NCBI RefSeq assembly: GCF_006345805.1
Contig: NW_021836091.1
Location: 1 to 23,732 of the forward strand
Reading direction: 5' to 3'
Origin: Octopus sinensis
Lineage: Eukaryota
Length of the DNA: 23,732 nucleotides
The notes beneath the pieces are model-generated. The model ran no database searches, had not been told where the DNA came from, and saw only the letters and a program-made list of their open reading frames with translations. A program made the translations under genes and the position numbers. Below, piece after piece: positions 21,869 to 23,732 of this stretch; position 1 is the stretch's first letter, and each line of letters opens with the position of its first letter.

Positions 21869-22211
21869 TTCTTACAGTCGCTATAACTAATACCTCATAA
21901 AATATCGTGCTAAAATCCTTTCAACAGAAAGCAAGTCATGTTATCAAAAATGTTTACAGTGCTGGCCATCACGTCGTTTCTGTTCATTCTTAGTGTATCA
22001 AGGGCTACGTTATCTAAAACTTTCTCTTCTTTTATAAGGAATTATTAACGAAAGGAGGGAAGGGGAAGAATTGGCTACAATTTCTAGCAGGCTGAGTTTC
22101 CTTTTTGTTTGGAAGGAATAACACCTTTCCCTTCGCTATATTTCCTTTTCATTTCGTTTTTCTCTTATGTCTTGGGTAATGATATGATCTACAGAAACGA
22201 TAAATAAGCGT

Positions 22212-22312
22212 TGGTTGTTTCTGTTATTGTTGTCGTCGTTGTTGTTGTTGGTTTTGATCTTGTTATTGTTGTTTGTTGTTATTGTTATTGTTGTTGTGGC
22301 TATTATTGTTGT
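22212..22312. repeat. Degenerate (GTT)n trinucleotide repeat
   Basis: Direct reading. Confidence 0.85.
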
Positions 22313-22989
22313 AGCGCAACCTTGAAAAAGCAGAAATATGACCGTCCATTTTGTTTAGGATTTTTTCCTTGGTTTTTGTTTGTTTTTTTATCTTTTCAGA
22401 CTACATTATCAAATGTACGTCCTTTCCATTTCTAAGACAGCAAAAGTGTAAATCGAGGTGAAACTTAGCTGCTATTTCTGCCAGGACAATCAACTACCTA
22501 GATGCTTTTTCGTTGACTCATGGGGACATCAGTAATATATTCATTCGACTCTATCATTTCTTATCAAGACAGAAAAGGAGAAAAGAAGAAAAGAAAGAGA
22601 AAAAGGAACAAAAACAAAACAAAATGTGAAGATAGCTAGGACTTGAATTGAGGGGGTGGGGGTCTTGAAAAGTAAAAATAAGCTGAAAGTGAGTTTATGA
22701 ACAGTGAATAAATATATTCCACAAATCATTTCATTCAATCATCATTATTCAATTACGGCAAATCCTCAATCCTTCTTTGCTTAGAATGGATTACACGTAA
22801 TATATTTGGTGACAAGACAGCGCAGAAAGCGAGAAAAGATTGTTGTGTTATCCCATCCCTATTACATATTAAGAAAGACAAGTTTAGGGTGATGGTAATG
22901 GTGATGGTGCCGTTGTTGGTGATGGTGGAGGTGTTGGAAAATCTTAGCGGTAGTTGTGGTTAATGTACATGTGTGTGTGTGTGCGTGTC

Positions 22990-22997
22990 TGTATATA

Positions 22998-23040
<43 letters not shown>

Positions 23041-23175
23041 ATATACAGATATGCATATACATACACAAACATTATATATATATATGTTTGGGTATGTATA
23101 TGCATATATATATATATTATATTTTATATAGTATGTGTATATATATATATATATTTATATATGTTGTGTATATAT

Positions 23176-23210
<35 letters not shown>

Positions 23211-23217
23211 GTATGTG

Positions 23218-23255
<38 letters not shown>

Positions 23256-23732
23256 TATATATATACCATTATGTACACACACATACATACACCACATTAA
23301 GGTATAATATAAGTTAATATATATATGTATTTATGCATATGTATGCATGTAATATAATACATGCACGCACAGGCCATATATATATATATATATGTAGTTA
23401 TATATTTATGCATGTATATTCGTGCACTCACTCACAAATGCATACATACATACATACATACATACATACATACATACATACATACATGCATGCATGCATA
23501 CATGCATGCATCCATCCATCCATACATACATACATACATATTTACACACATTATATGCATACATGCATGCATAAGCATACATCATACATGGTTACATACA
23601 TATATGCGCACATACATGCATGCATACATTCATACATACATACATGCAAGCATGCATGCATACATACAAACATACATGCATGTATGCTTGCCTTGATACA
23701 TACCTACCTACATACATACATACATACCTACA
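22990..23732. repeat. (TA)n then interrupted (TACA)/(TGCA) microsatellite tracts
   Basis: Direct reading. Confidence 0.95.

Overview
Eukaryotic, AT-rich, microsatellite-saturated DNA, most consistent with an octopus (coleoid cephalopod) genome. This is inferred from the SINE families, the (TATG)n/(GATA)n arrays and a PYHCDxCGK-type C2H2 finger. No intact protein-coding gene is recognisable, and most ORFs in the track are microsatellite translations. Supported features: a frameshifted 5'-truncated L1/Tx1-type LINE lying between two (GATA)n arrays; a decayed Penelope-like RT fragment; a frameshifted C2H2 zinc-finger relic; about a dozen tRNA-derived SINE copies or fragments from at least two families; a near-perfect 202-bp SINE-derived triplication; a CpG-rich promoter-like motif cluster; and a few candidate exons. 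The most interesting signal is a possible LINE-SINE system. One SINE's 3' tail resembles the apparent 3' end of the Tx1 LINE, and that tail is repeatedly joined at the same nucleotide inside the head of a related SINE, suggesting sequence-targeted SINE-into-SINE insertion. All alignments and counts were done by hand; no database search was possible.
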